A stretch of 56,187 bases of DNA from a bacterium (GTDB lineage Bacteria > Auribacterota > UBA3054). Every line of letters begins with the position of its first letter. Position 1 is the stretch's first letter. The notes beneath the pieces are model-generated. The model was given only the letters and a program-made list of their open reading frames with translations. It was not told the DNA's origin and searched no databases. The stretch lies in contig JAGCGH010000089.1 of assembly GCA_017649705.1 (NCBI GenBank), positions 1 to 56,187 on the forward strand, given 5' to 3'. A program made the position numbers and the translations under genes. Below are positions 8,451 through 17,988 of this stretch, in pieces.

Positions 8451-11033
8451 ATGAAAAAATACGATTCACATTTCTCTCCCGCGGCGGCGGAATCTCTGAT
8501 CCGGGCCATCCGGGAAGCCGGCGGCCAGGAAGTTTTCGCCCGCGGCATCCTGGGCGACGACGGGCTCATTTGCGACATAGAGGTCCTGGCCAGGGGCAAC
8601 GAGCACTGCGTGGCGGCGATCTTCCCAAAGCTCAAGGGCGGGGACTACGCCATCCACAACCATCCGCCCACGCCGGGCATTGCCACGCTGGACAACATCC
8701 AGCCTTCCGACGCCGACGTTTCCATCGCAAGCCAGCTGGGGCAGAGGGGAGTGGGAAGCATGATAGTGGACAACGAGGTCGAGCACAGCTACGTCCTGGT
8801 GGAGACGAGCCTGGCGGAAAAGCCTGTTCCGGTTCCCCTGAAGGCGGTGGAAAATCTTCTTTTGCCCGACGGCCCCCTCAGCAGGATCTTCAAGAATTAC
8901 GAGACGAGGCCGGAACAGCTCACCATGCTCCGCACCGTGACGAATGCTTTCAACGAAGGCAGCGTCAGCGTCGTGGAGGCGGGGACTGGCACCGGAAAGA
9001 CCATAGCCTATCTCATACCGGCCATAGCCTGGGCGCTTTTGAACAACAAGCGGGTGGTCATAGCCACCCACACCATAAACCTTCAGGAGCAGCTTTTCCT
9101 GAAGGATTTTCCCCTGGCCGCGAAACTCTTCAAGGCCAATCCGGAGGCGGCGCTGATAAAAGGGCGGAGCAATTTCGCCTGCCTGAGAAGAGCCAACCAG
9201 GTCTTCCGGGAGCCGGAGCTTTTCGAGGACGAGGAACGGCCGGGCCTGCAGGCCCTGGCGCAGTGGGCCATGAAATCTTCGACCGGCGACCGTCAGGAGC
9301 CGGCGGAATGGCCTCCCAGCCAGCTTTGGGAGCAGATCTGCTCCAGCAGGGAGACCTGCGTGAACGCATCCTGCCGCTTTAACGGCGAATGTTTCGTGAA
9401 GAAGGCCAGGAAGGGAGCGGAAAACGCCCAGATCATAATCACCAACCACGCCCTGCTTTTTTCCGACATCGCCATCCGGGCGGCGGGAAACCCGGTGGGT
9501 ATACTTCCGGACTACGCCGCCATAATAATAGACGAGGCTCACAACCTGGAGGATTCCGCCACCAGCCACTTCGGCATGGAAGTGACAAAATTCGACATCC
9601 TGAGGAACCTCAACTCCATTTATCAGAAAAAAGGCCACAAGGAATCCGGCGCGCTTTTCGTCCTGAGAAAATTCATAGAGGACAACAAAGACAGGTTCCG
9701 CGACGTTTACGAGGAACTTAGCGAAGGCTACAATAAACTGGTGGAGCACGGACTTCCCGCCCTGGCCGAGGAAGCCCTAGGCGAGTGCAACGACATCCAC
9801 AGCGCGGTGATGAAGATCGAGGCCAAGGCCAGGCTGGAGGGCAAGAGCGCGCTGCCTTTACGCTTGAAAAGGGAGAGGCGGGAAGGCGCGGACTGGGAGG
9901 AGATAAGCGATCACATGAAAAGGCTGGAAGGCGCGCTGACGGCGGGGGCGCTGCTTTTCAATAATATTTTCTCCTGGTTGGAAAACAAGATCATGGATGA
10001 TCTCGTAAAAGACGATCTTCCCGGGATCATAAGAGACCTGAAGGTCAAGGTGGACCGCTTTGACGCTTTTGCCGCCGTCCTAAACGAGATCCGCACAAAG
10101 TATGACGAAGACAGCGGAATGGTCAGCTGGATCGACGCCGGGGAGACGAAAAAAAAGAGTATCAGATGGCTCACCATAAAAAGCGTGCCGGTCACGGTGG
10201 GGGAGAAGCTAAAGGAGCTGGTCTATAAGCAATTCAAGACCGTGGTCCTGACCTCCGCCACTCTTTCCATCAGGGATAAGATGGATTTCTACAGCAGCCG
10301 GACAGGCCTTGACCTATATTCGGAGGAACTCAAAGAGACCAGGGAGCGAAGCATGACTTTCGACATCTACCCCTCCTCCTTCGATTTCACAAAGCAGGCG
10401 GCGCTGCTTCTGCCCTGGGACGATAAGGACGCTTCCCAGGATTATTCCGAGAACAGCCTGAACCCCTGCATCCTGAAGATAGCCAGCCTGACCGAGGGCG
10501 GAGCTTTCGTGCTTTTCACTTCCGCCAAGACCATGCAGCTTTCATACAACGACCTCGAGCCTCAATTGAGGAGAGCGGGAATGATCCCCATGCTTCAGGA
10601 CAACGTTTCCCGGACGGAACTGCTCTCCAAGTTCAAGCAGAACAAAAACGCCGTGCTCTTCGGCCTGGACAGTTTCTGGGCCGGGGTGGACGTGGCCGGG
10701 GAAGGATTGAGGAACGTCATAGTCACCAAGCTGCCCTTCGCCGTTCCCACCGATCCCGTCCAGGAAGCCAGGTGCGAGGAGCTGGAGGCCAGGGGAATAT
10801 CGGCTTTCCCGCATTATTCCCTTCCCCAGGCCGTCATAAAGCTGCGCCAGGGATTCGGGCGTCTCATCCGAAGCAAGCAGGACCACGGCATCGTCGCTAT
10901 CCTAGACAGCAGGATACTCAGGATGAGATACGGAAAGATCTTCCTGGAATCCCTGCCGCAATGCCCGAGGATCCTGGGATCTTTGGAAGAAGTCTGCGCC
11001 GCCGCGGATAAATTTCTCAAGTCCCTGAAATAA
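8451..11033 (+). CDS. dinG: JAB/MPN-domain::DinG-family (XPD-like, Fe-S) ATP-dependent DNA helicase fusion
   Basis: About 125 N-terminal residues carry JAMM residues (GGQEVF...; HNHP...PSDAD). Then Walker A AGTGTGKT, DEAH box IIIDEAHN, a Cys cluster between motifs I and II, and C-terminal helicase motifs. Confidence 0.8.
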   Translation: MKKYDSHFSPAAAESLIRAIREAGGQEVFARGILGDDGLICDIEVLARGNEHCVAAIFPKLKGGDYAIHNHPPTPGIATLDNIQPSDADVSIASQLGQRGVGSMIVDNEVEHSYVLVETSLAEKPVPVPLKAVENLLLPDGPLSRIFKNYETRPEQLTMLRTVTNAFNEGSVSVVEAGTGTGKTIAYLIPAIAWALLNNKRVVIATHTINLQEQLFLKDFPLAAKLFKANPEAALIKGRSNFACLRRANQVFREPELFEDEERPGLQALAQWAMKSSTGDRQEPAEWPPSQLWEQICSSRETCVNASCRFNGECFVKKARKGAENAQIIITNHALLFSDIAIRAAGNPVGILPDYAAIIIDEAHNLEDSATSHFGMEVTKFDILRNLNSIYQKKGHKESGALFVLRKFIEDNKDRFRDVYEELSEGYNKLVEHGLPALAEEALGECNDIHSAVMKIEAKARLEGKSALPLRLKRERREGADWEEISDHMKRLEGALTAGALLFNNIFSWLENKIMDDLVKDDLPGIIRDLKVKVDRFDAFAAVLNEIRTKYDEDSGMVSWIDAGETKKKSIRWLTIKSVPVTVGEKLKELVYKQFKTVVLTSATLSIRDKMDFYSSRTGLDLYSEELKETRERSMTFDIYPSSFDFTKQAALLLPWDDKDASQDYSENSLNPCILKIASLTEGGAFVLFTSAKTMQLSYNDLEPQLRRAGMIPMLQDNVSRTELLSKFKQNKNAVLFGLDSFWAGVDVAGEGLRNVIVTKLPFAVPTDPVQEARCEELEARGISAFPHYSLPQAVIKLRQGFGRLIRSKQDHGIVAILDSRILRMRYGKIFLESLPQCPRILGSLEEVCAAADKFLKSLK

Positions 11034-11036
11034 ACA

Positions 11037-11786
11037 ATGGGCTGGTTCGGATTGATAGCGGGGGCGCTGGCGGGCTCTATTTTCGGCGGAGGCGGCGCTT
11101 TCCTGGGCGGGCTTATCGGCAATTTCGCCGAAGAGGCCATAAGAGGCAGGAAAAACAGGGCCGAGGCCTCCAGGGAAGAGCTTTATTTTCTGAGCGCGCT
11201 TTCCGCCATGCTCGCCAAAATGGCGAAAGCCGACGGAAGAATAAGCCAAAGCGAGATCGATTACGTCCGGAGCCTTCTCCTCAATTCGGGCTTCAGCGGG
11301 GAAAAATACGAATACTGTGTCAGGATCTTCCGCCGAGCCAAGGATGACGCGCATTCCATTTACGACTACGCCGCCGATTTCGCCGCGCATTCTAGGGACA
11401 CGGAACTGAGGGAAACGCTTTACGGCATCCTCTGGGACATGGCCTGCGCCGACGGCCGCCTGTCCCCGGAAGAAATTAAGATCTTAAGAGAGCTTCCGCC
11501 TTATCTCCGCATCAGCTCGGCCCGCTATGATTTCGAATTTCGCAGAAGAGGCGGGGGAGGCGGAGGAGAAGCGAACAGTCATTACGATCCTTACGCCATT
11601 TTGGGAAAGGACAGGTCCGCCAGCAGCGAGGAACTGAAGGCGGCCTACCGGGAAAAAGCCAAGAAACTGCACCCCGACGTCCTGAGATCCCAGGGCCTTT
11701 CTGAGGAGCTCGTGAAGAAAGCCAACGAGCAGATGTCCATTTTGAACGAGGCCTGGGACAGCATCAAAAAGGAAAGGGGACTCTGA
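11037..11786 (+). CDS. djlA: DjlA-like membrane co-chaperone (Gly-rich TM, TerB-like domain, C-terminal J domain)
   Basis: TerB-like segment AKMAKADGRISQSEIDYV. J domain DPYAILG...KLHPD. Starts 4 nt after the dinG stop. Confidence 0.75.
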   Translation: MGWFGLIAGALAGSIFGGGGAFLGGLIGNFAEEAIRGRKNRAEASREELYFLSALSAMLAKMAKADGRISQSEIDYVRSLLLNSGFSGEKYEYCVRIFRRAKDDAHSIYDYAADFAAHSRDTELRETLYGILWDMACADGRLSPEEIKILRELPPYLRISSARYDFEFRRRGGGGGGEANSHYDPYAILGKDRSASSEELKAAYREKAKKLHPDVLRSQGLSEELVKKANEQMSILNEAWDSIKKERGL

Positions 11787-11809
11787 GCCCTTTTCAAAAA
11801 CCCGCGTTT

Positions 11810-11818
11810 TGTTATAAT
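11810..11818 (+). promoter_or_regulatory. extended -10 box (TGtTATAAT) upstream of the GH97 gene
   Basis: Lies about 55 nt upstream of ATG 11873. Confidence 0.35.
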
Positions 11819-11872
11819 TGAAATTGGAAATTTATTAAATTTGCTTATAACCTCCACACAGCAAGGCGACTC

Positions 11873-14242
11873 ATGAAACTCCGTTCCCTGATCCTTCCCG
11901 CGTTACTGGCGGTCCTGACGGCCCCGGCCGTTTTCGCGAAACCCGTAGAACTGACCTCTCCCAAGGGCGTCCTGAAAATGACATTGTCCGACGACGGCAA
12001 GATCGCCTACGCCATAAGCGGCTTCGGCATGAAGGACGTCGTCAGCGGCGAACTGGGCCTGGAATTCCAGGACCAGGCCTGGCCTGAAAAATGCGAGATA
12101 GAATCCTGCCAGAAGAGCGAGATCGACGAGACCTGGACTCAGGTGATCGGCATCCAGAAAGAATACCGCGACAAATGCAACGAATACACGGTCAAGCTGA
12201 AGGGCGATTTCCCGAAAAGGGAAGTGGGCCTTGTGGTGAGGATGTACGACGAAGGCGCGGCGATCCGCTACACAATATCCCCCAAGGACGAGGAGGAGTA
12301 CGTCCTGACCGCCGACAAAACTGATTATCTTTTCAACAAAGATTACGAATGCTGGTACGCCCCCTACGGCTTCGGCTCCGCCCAGGAGCACGAGTCGCTG
12401 AAGGCGACCTTGACCACGATCCCCAAGGGGACCGTCAGCGGCTGCCCGCTCATCGTCAAGGGAGAGAGCTTCATCATGGCCCTCACCGAGACCGACCTCA
12501 GGGACTGGGCCGGGCTGTACTTCAGCAACGGATTGATGTTCGAGGGCTCCAAGCTGGCCGACCTGGGCAAGCTGACGGGCAAGGACGAGGCCAAGGAATT
12601 CAGCGTGGACGTGAAAGGCAGGAAGACCGTTACCCTCTACCATTACGTGGACGGCGACAACAGCTACTGCCACGCCGACTGGGCGGAGCTCAGGCTCACC
12701 GACAAAGACGGCAAGAAGATTCCCGTCACCAAGGAATTCGTCATGGACTCCAAGCAGGATTGGGGAGAGCTGGGAGAGAACGCCAGCGTGGACGGCAATC
12801 AGCTGAAGATCGGCAAGAAGACTTTCAAGGACGGCTTCGGCAGCCACGCCAAAGGCTTCATCACCTTGAAGCTTGACGGCAAATATGCGACCCTCTCCGG
12901 CTTTTGCGGCGTGGACGCCGAGAAGAACGGCGAAGGCTCCTCCTGCTTCGTCGTCTACGGCGAGGCCAAGGACGAGGCGAAGCCTTATCTGGCGGCCGCC
13001 CTGGCTCCCAGGCTGGACGGCAAAGGCTTGGTCCTGACCAAGGGCGAGCGCAAGTCCCCCTGGCGCCTTTTCCTCGTCGGCGAGAACGAGCTTTCCCTGG
13101 TCACCAACCAGATGATCCTGAACTGCGCCTCACCCTGCGAACTCGAGGATACAAGCTGGATCAAAGCGGGCCGCTGCACCTGGAACTGGTGGTCCGATTG
13201 GAACAGGAACCTCTGCACGGAATCCATCAAGAAGGAAATAGACTTCGCCTCCCGCCACGGCTGGGAATACTCCACGGTGGACGACCCCTGGTACTCTCCC
13301 CACATGGGCAGAGTCGGCAACAACGTCATGAAGGGCCAGGAAGGCAAAGTCGATCTGCCTGAGATCGCCCGCTTCGCCAAGGAAAAAGGCGTGAAGCTGA
13401 TCCTCTGGATGCACTGGGCCGACATCGAGCGCATGATGGAGGAAGCTTTCGCGTATTACGAAGAGCTCGGTTCGATAGGCGGCATGAAGATCGACTTCAT
13501 GAACCGCGACGACCAGGAGATGGTCAAGTGGTACGAGAAGACCGTGAAGCTGGCCGCCAAGCACCACCTAATCGTCAACTTCCACGGCTCCTACAAACCC
13601 TCCGGCTTCGCCCGCACCTTCCCGAACCAGATCACAAGCGAAGGCGTAAAGGGCAACGAAGCCAGCAAGTGGGGCCATGACATCAATCCCAAGAACCTTA
13701 CGAGCTATCCCTTCACCCGCTACATCCAGGGCCCCGCGGACCTGACGCCCGGCGGCTTCCTCAACAGGCAGCCCGAGGATTTCAAGCCCACCTCCCCGAC
13801 GCAGGTCATCGGCACCAGGGCCCACGAGCTGGCCTTGTGCTTCGTTCTGCCCACGCCGCTTATTTGCCTCTGCGACAATCCCAAGAACTACGAAGGCCAG
13901 CCCGGCCTGGAATTCCTGGATCAGCTTAAGGCCACCTGGGACGAGACGCTCCCGCTGCAGGGCAACATGGAGAAATTCTACATCTGCGCCCGCCGCAGCG
14001 GCACCGACTGGTTCATCGGCATGATCGGCGACGATCTGCCCCAGACCCACGCGGTGCCCCTGACCTTCCTGGAGGAAGGCAAGAAATACACGGCCCAGAT
14101 CTTCCAGGACACGGAGGACAGCGCCACGGACGCGACGAGGATCGACATTGTCACCAAAAAAGGCCTGGACAAGGATTCCGTCCTTCCCATCAAAACGGTC
14201 CGGAACGGCGGCTACGTCGCCATCCTGAAAGAGGAGAAATAA
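11873..14242 (+). CDS. glycoside hydrolase family 97 (alpha-glucosidase/galactosidase-like) with an inserted NPCBM-like module
   Basis: Signal peptide. GH97 signature KIDFMNRDDQEMV...FHGSYKPSG..RTFPN..TSEGVKGNE. An extra ~150 aa at residues 221-372 contains GFGSHA...CGVDAE... Confidence 0.85.
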   Translation: MKLRSLILPALLAVLTAPAVFAKPVELTSPKGVLKMTLSDDGKIAYAISGFGMKDVVSGELGLEFQDQAWPEKCEIESCQKSEIDETWTQVIGIQKEYRDKCNEYTVKLKGDFPKREVGLVVRMYDEGAAIRYTISPKDEEEYVLTADKTDYLFNKDYECWYAPYGFGSAQEHESLKATLTTIPKGTVSGCPLIVKGESFIMALTETDLRDWAGLYFSNGLMFEGSKLADLGKLTGKDEAKEFSVDVKGRKTVTLYHYVDGDNSYCHADWAELRLTDKDGKKIPVTKEFVMDSKQDWGELGENASVDGNQLKIGKKTFKDGFGSHAKGFITLKLDGKYATLSGFCGVDAEKNGEGSSCFVVYGEAKDEAKPYLAAALAPRLDGKGLVLTKGERKSPWRLFLVGENELSLVTNQMILNCASPCELEDTSWIKAGRCTWNWWSDWNRNLCTESIKKEIDFASRHGWEYSTVDDPWYSPHMGRVGNNVMKGQEGKVDLPEIARFAKEKGVKLILWMHWADIERMMEEAFAYYEELGSIGGMKIDFMNRDDQEMVKWYEKTVKLAAKHHLIVNFHGSYKPSGFARTFPNQITSEGVKGNEASKWGHDINPKNLTSYPFTRYIQGPADLTPGGFLNRQPEDFKPTSPTQVIGTRAHELALCFVLPTPLICLCDNPKNYEGQPGLEFLDQLKATWDETLPLQGNMEKFYICARRSGTDWFIGMIGDDLPQTHAVPLTFLEEGKKYTAQIFQDTEDSATDATRIDIVTKKGLDKDSVLPIKTVRNGGYVAILKEEK

Positions 14243-14269
14243 AAGCAGGCGTTGTTAAAAGCGGACATG

Positions 14270-14302
14270 AAAAAACGGCTTCCCTCGGGAAGCCGTTTTT
14301 TT
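14270..14302. terminator. bidirectional intrinsic terminator
   Basis: CGGCTTCC-CTCG-GGAAGCCG is flanked by an A-run and T7, between convergent genes. Confidence 0.8.
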
Positions 14303-14819
14303 ATTCCTTGGTCATCTCGTAGCAGACCACTTCGTGCTCGCGGCCGCGGTAGGCTATTTTCTCCACCCGGTCCGTTTTTTTCATGCCCGCCTTCCGCATC
14401 ACTTTTCCGCTGGCGATGTTTTCCTTGAAATGGCCGGCCTTGACCACCTTGTAGCCGATGCGGAAAAGCTCTTCAATGGCGGCTTTCAGGGTCTCCGTGG
14501 CGAAGCCCCTGTTCTGGTATTCGGGATGGATGCAGTATCCCACTTCAATGGACTCCTCGTCTTTTGTGACGTGGTTTATGAAACCGACGAAGGTGTTTTT
14601 AAAGCTTACGGCGTAAACGAAGGCATTGAGGTCGTTGGAGGCTTTCTGGAAATAATTGAACAGCTTCCTGCCTTCCTCTTCGGTCCTGAGGTCGGGGAGC
14701 ATGTAGGTGGCGTAAACCGAGGGGTCCCTGAAAAGTTCCAGGGCCATTTCATAATCGCTTTCCAAAAAGGGCCTGAGGGTCAGGCGGGGAGTTTCCAGGC
14801 AGGTTTTTCTGATCAGCAT
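14301..14819 (-). CDS. GNAT family N-acetyltransferase (RimJ/RimL-like)
   Basis: N-terminus TPRLTLRPF and an acetyl-CoA motif region (QNRGFATE). Internal ATG at 14819 is preferred over the track start at 14858. Confidence 0.75.
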   Translation of the reverse strand: MLIRKTCLETPRLTLRPFLESDYEMALELFRDPSVYATYMLPDLRTEEEGRKLFNYFQKASNDLNAFVYAVSFKNTFVGFINHVTKDEESIEVGYCIHPEYQNRGFATETLKAAIEELFRIGYKVVKAGHFKENIASGKVMRKAGMKKTDRVEKIAYRGREHEVVCYEMTKE

Positions 14820-14975
14820 GTGATTTCTACGGTTAATTATTCGCTTTGATTTTCCCATCTTTCGGCTTCTGTGTCAAACATAGGGAAAGGGCGGGGACGG
14901 ATCGCGGCCGAAGGGAGTCCTCTGGAGGCGAAACCTTGGAAAATAAAGGCTTCGCTGAGGATTTGGCCCTCCTGT

Positions 14976-15003
14976 TTGAATATGTATGCGTTTATAGTAT
15001 AAT
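14976..15003 (+). promoter_or_regulatory. promoter TTGAAT-16-TATAAT, 7 nt upstream of ATG 15011
   Basis: -10 at 14998-15003. The start codon sits at the predicted +1. Confidence 0.4.
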
Positions 15004-15010
15004 GTAACAT

Positions 15011-15643
15011 ATGTATCTGGATATTATATTGCTTTTGGTACTGGTGCTCTGCATGACCGTCGGCGTCATGCGGGGCGTGCTGTCGCCTCTGATCACCTTC
15101 TTCTCGCTTTTGCTTTCCGTGTGGTTGGTGGCGCTTTTCCTTTCGCCTTGTTTGGCGGAGTTTCAGGCTCTCACTAGCCCCTGGAAAGGGAATTTTCTGG
15201 TGAATCTCCTCACCTCGAAGTTCGTGGCCGGCTTTTTGATGATCCTGATACTCTACTTCATCATGACCTCCCTGGCGGAGTTTGTGAAGCGCAAGCTGAT
15301 GAACGCTCTGAACCTCAAGTTCAGCGACCGTTTCCTGGGCATGCTCTGCGGCGCGGCGGTCGGGGTCTTCCTCTGCGTGATGCTCTGCATAGGCCTCGTC
15401 TGGTCCAGGACGCTGGTGGCCTCCCAGGCCAACGAGGAGGGCTTGTCCAAATACGACGCCATACTGCAGTCCAGCCAGGGCTATTCCGTTTCCATGGCCA
15501 TAACGGACTGGACGGTCCACCGCTTCCCGAAATTCTCGGTGATACTTCCCGACGGCCATCCCTGGGGAAGCGGATCTTCGGATTTCGAACCGGAGGACGG
15601 GGAGAGCACCTACGACGACGAAAGAGGAGTCTGGGGCCACTGA
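15011..15643 (+). CDS. cvpA: CvpA family membrane protein
   Basis: Four predicted TM helices. N-terminus YLDIILLLVLVLCMTVGVMRG is typical of CvpA. Confidence 0.65.
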   Translation: MYLDIILLLVLVLCMTVGVMRGVLSPLITFFSLLLSVWLVALFLSPCLAEFQALTSPWKGNFLVNLLTSKFVAGFLMILILYFIMTSLAEFVKRKLMNALNLKFSDRFLGMLCGAAVGVFLCVMLCIGLVWSRTLVASQANEEGLSKYDAILQSSQGYSVSMAITDWTVHRFPKFSVILPDGHPWGSGSSDFEPEDGESTYDDERGVWGH

Positions 15644-15644
15644 T

Positions 15645-16658
15645 ATGAAAAAGAACATCATCGTGGTGATGGGCGGCTGGAGTCCGGAAGCGCCCATCTC
15701 TATGAGATCCGGGCTGAACGTTTTCCAGACCCTCGACAGAGACAAATACAACGTCAGGGCCGTCATTTTGAAAGAGGACCGCTCGGCGTGCTTTTTGGAC
15801 GTCGACGAAGCGCCCGCCGAAGCTGACTGGCAGGAGCGCCCCTCCCGGAACATCGCGAAAGTTTTCACCGAGGTTTTGGCCTGGCCCGTGGACGCAGCAA
15901 TGCTGGCGCTGCACGGCTGCGGCGGCGAGGACGGCTGCTTCCAGGGCTTTTTGTCCACATTGGGCATTCCTTTCACCCACAGCGGAGTGACCGCCTCGGC
16001 GGTGGCCATGGAAAAGGACATCGCGAAGCTTTTGTACGCCGCCTCAGGCATCAGGATCCCCAAGGGCGTCACGGTCTCCTCCAAGGAGGACCCGCTTGAA
16101 AAGATCAGAGCGGCCGGGCTCAGTTATCCCGTCATCGCGAAGCCCCTGGCTTCCGGCTCGAGCTTCGGGCTCTGGCTTCTCGGGAGCGAGCAGGAATTGA
16201 AAGACAACGTTTTCTCCTTCTGGCTGAACGGCGGTTTGTATCTTTTCGAGGAGTTCGTGAAGGGGAGGGAGTTCACCTGTGTGGTGGCCACCAGGAGCGG
16301 CAAGCCCTTCGCCCTGCCCGTCACGGAGATTGTGAGCCATACCGGCGAGCTTTTCGACTACAAGGCGAAGTACACCAAGGGCAAGAGCGAGGAGATCACG
16401 CCGGCCAGGATAAGCGACGCTTTGAGCTCCCAGATCAGGGCGGCGGCGGAAGTCTGCCACCGGGCCCTGCGCTGCCAGGGTGTTTCCCGCACCGACTTCA
16501 TCGTGAACGAGCGCGGCGACATCTACGCCCTGGAGACCAACACCATTCCCGGCATGTCCGAAGCGTCCATCCTGCCGAAGGCCGCGCTGGGCGCCGGGCT
16601 TACTTTTTCGCAAATACTTGACGACATGCTCTCCGAAGCCATGGCGTCCGCAAAATAA
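15645..16658 (+). CDS. ddl: D-alanine--D-alanine ligase
   Basis: ATP-grasp fold. LHGCGGEDGCFQG, PVIAKP..GSS and LETNTIPGM motifs. Confidence 0.9.
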   Translation: MKKNIIVVMGGWSPEAPISMRSGLNVFQTLDRDKYNVRAVILKEDRSACFLDVDEAPAEADWQERPSRNIAKVFTEVLAWPVDAAMLALHGCGGEDGCFQGFLSTLGIPFTHSGVTASAVAMEKDIAKLLYAASGIRIPKGVTVSSKEDPLEKIRAAGLSYPVIAKPLASGSSFGLWLLGSEQELKDNVFSFWLNGGLYLFEEFVKGREFTCVVATRSGKPFALPVTEIVSHTGELFDYKAKYTKGKSEEITPARISDALSSQIRAAAEVCHRALRCQGVSRTDFIVNERGDIYALETNTIPGMSEASILPKAALGAGLTFSQILDDMLSEAMASAK

Positions 16659-16675
16659 TAACATTCGAGGCAATT

Positions 16676-17983
16676 ATGCTTGATATCAAATTCATCAGGG
16701 AAAATTACGAAGAGGTGCGCGCCAAACTCCTGACGCGCTATCCGGCTGGTCAGAACCGCAACAATCTCGACGATGCCCTTGAGCAGCTCATGGTCAACGA
16801 CAAGCTGAGAAGAGACGAGATCAAGGCGCTGGAAAGCCTGCAGCAGAGCCGCAACCTGCTCTCCAAGGAGATCGGCATGAAGCGCGCCAAGGGCGAGGAC
16901 GCCGACGATTTGAGATCGCTGGTCCAGGAGATAAAGGAAAAGCTTGACGTGGCCGAGAAGACCAAGGAGGAAGCGGAGGCGAAGGTCTCCTATCTGATCG
17001 ACCGCATCCCCAACATTCCCGACGCCACCACGCCCATCGGCGACTCTGAGGACGACAACGTGGAAGTGAGGAGAATAGGGGAGATCCCTTCTTTCGATTT
17101 CGAGCCGAAGCAGCACTTCGAGATCGGCGAGAAGCTTGGCATACTCGACCTCGAGAGAGCGGCCAAACTAAGCGGCGCCAGGTTCTCCGTATTGAAGGGC
17201 GCCGGCGCGAAACTGGAGCGCGCCCTTGAAAACTTCATGCTGGACGAGCACACGAAGAACGAGGGCTACACGGAATTCGAAGTGCCCCTGATCGTAAGCG
17301 ACGAGACTCTCTACGGCAGCGGGCAGCTGCCCAAGTTCCAGGAAGACCTTTTCCACGTGGAGTGGGAGAAGCCCATGTACCTTATCCCCACTTCCGAAGT
17401 GCCGCTGGTCAATCTGCACCGCAGCGAAACTTTTGAAGAAAAGGATCTGCCTTTGCGCTACACCGCGCTGACGCCCTGCTTCCGTTCCGAAGCCGGCAGC
17501 TACGGCAAGGACACCAGAGGCATCATCAGGGTGCACCAGTTCTACAAGGTGGAGATGGTGAACTTCACAACTCCCGAAAAGTCCATGGAAGCCTTGGAAA
17601 CCATGACCGAGAACGCCTCCAGGATACTGCAGAAGCTGGGCATCGCGCACCGCGTGGTGGCTTTGTGCACTTCCGACATGGGATTCTCCGCCTGCAAGAC
17701 CTACGACGTGGAAGTCTGGCTGCCCGGCCAGAACACTTACCGCGAGATCAGCTCCTGCTCCAACTGCTGGGACTTCCAGGCCAGAAGAGCGAATATCCGC
17801 TACCGTCCCGCCGACGGTTCCAAGCCTCAGTTCGTGCACACCCTGAACGGGTCCGGACTGGCGGTGGGCCGCACCTGGGTGGCTGTCCTGGAGAACTACC
17901 AGCAGAAAGACGGCAGCGTGGTCGTTCCTGAAATTTTGCGTCCCTACATGGACGGCTTAGAAATAATCGAACCTGAAAAATAA
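16676..17983 (+). CDS. serS: serine--tRNA ligase
   Basis: N-terminal coiled-coil arm. Class II motifs FRSEAGS and GSGLAVGR. Confidence 0.95.
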   Translation: MLDIKFIRENYEEVRAKLLTRYPAGQNRNNLDDALEQLMVNDKLRRDEIKALESLQQSRNLLSKEIGMKRAKGEDADDLRSLVQEIKEKLDVAEKTKEEAEAKVSYLIDRIPNIPDATTPIGDSEDDNVEVRRIGEIPSFDFEPKQHFEIGEKLGILDLERAAKLSGARFSVLKGAGAKLERALENFMLDEHTKNEGYTEFEVPLIVSDETLYGSGQLPKFQEDLFHVEWEKPMYLIPTSEVPLVNLHRSETFEEKDLPLRYTALTPCFRSEAGSYGKDTRGIIRVHQFYKVEMVNFTTPEKSMEALETMTENASRILQKLGIAHRVVALCTSDMGFSACKTYDVEVWLPGQNTYREISSCSNCWDFQARRANIRYRPADGSKPQFVHTLNGSGLAVGRTWVAVLENYQQKDGSVVVPEILRPYMDGLEIIEPEK

Positions 17984-17988
17984 GAACT

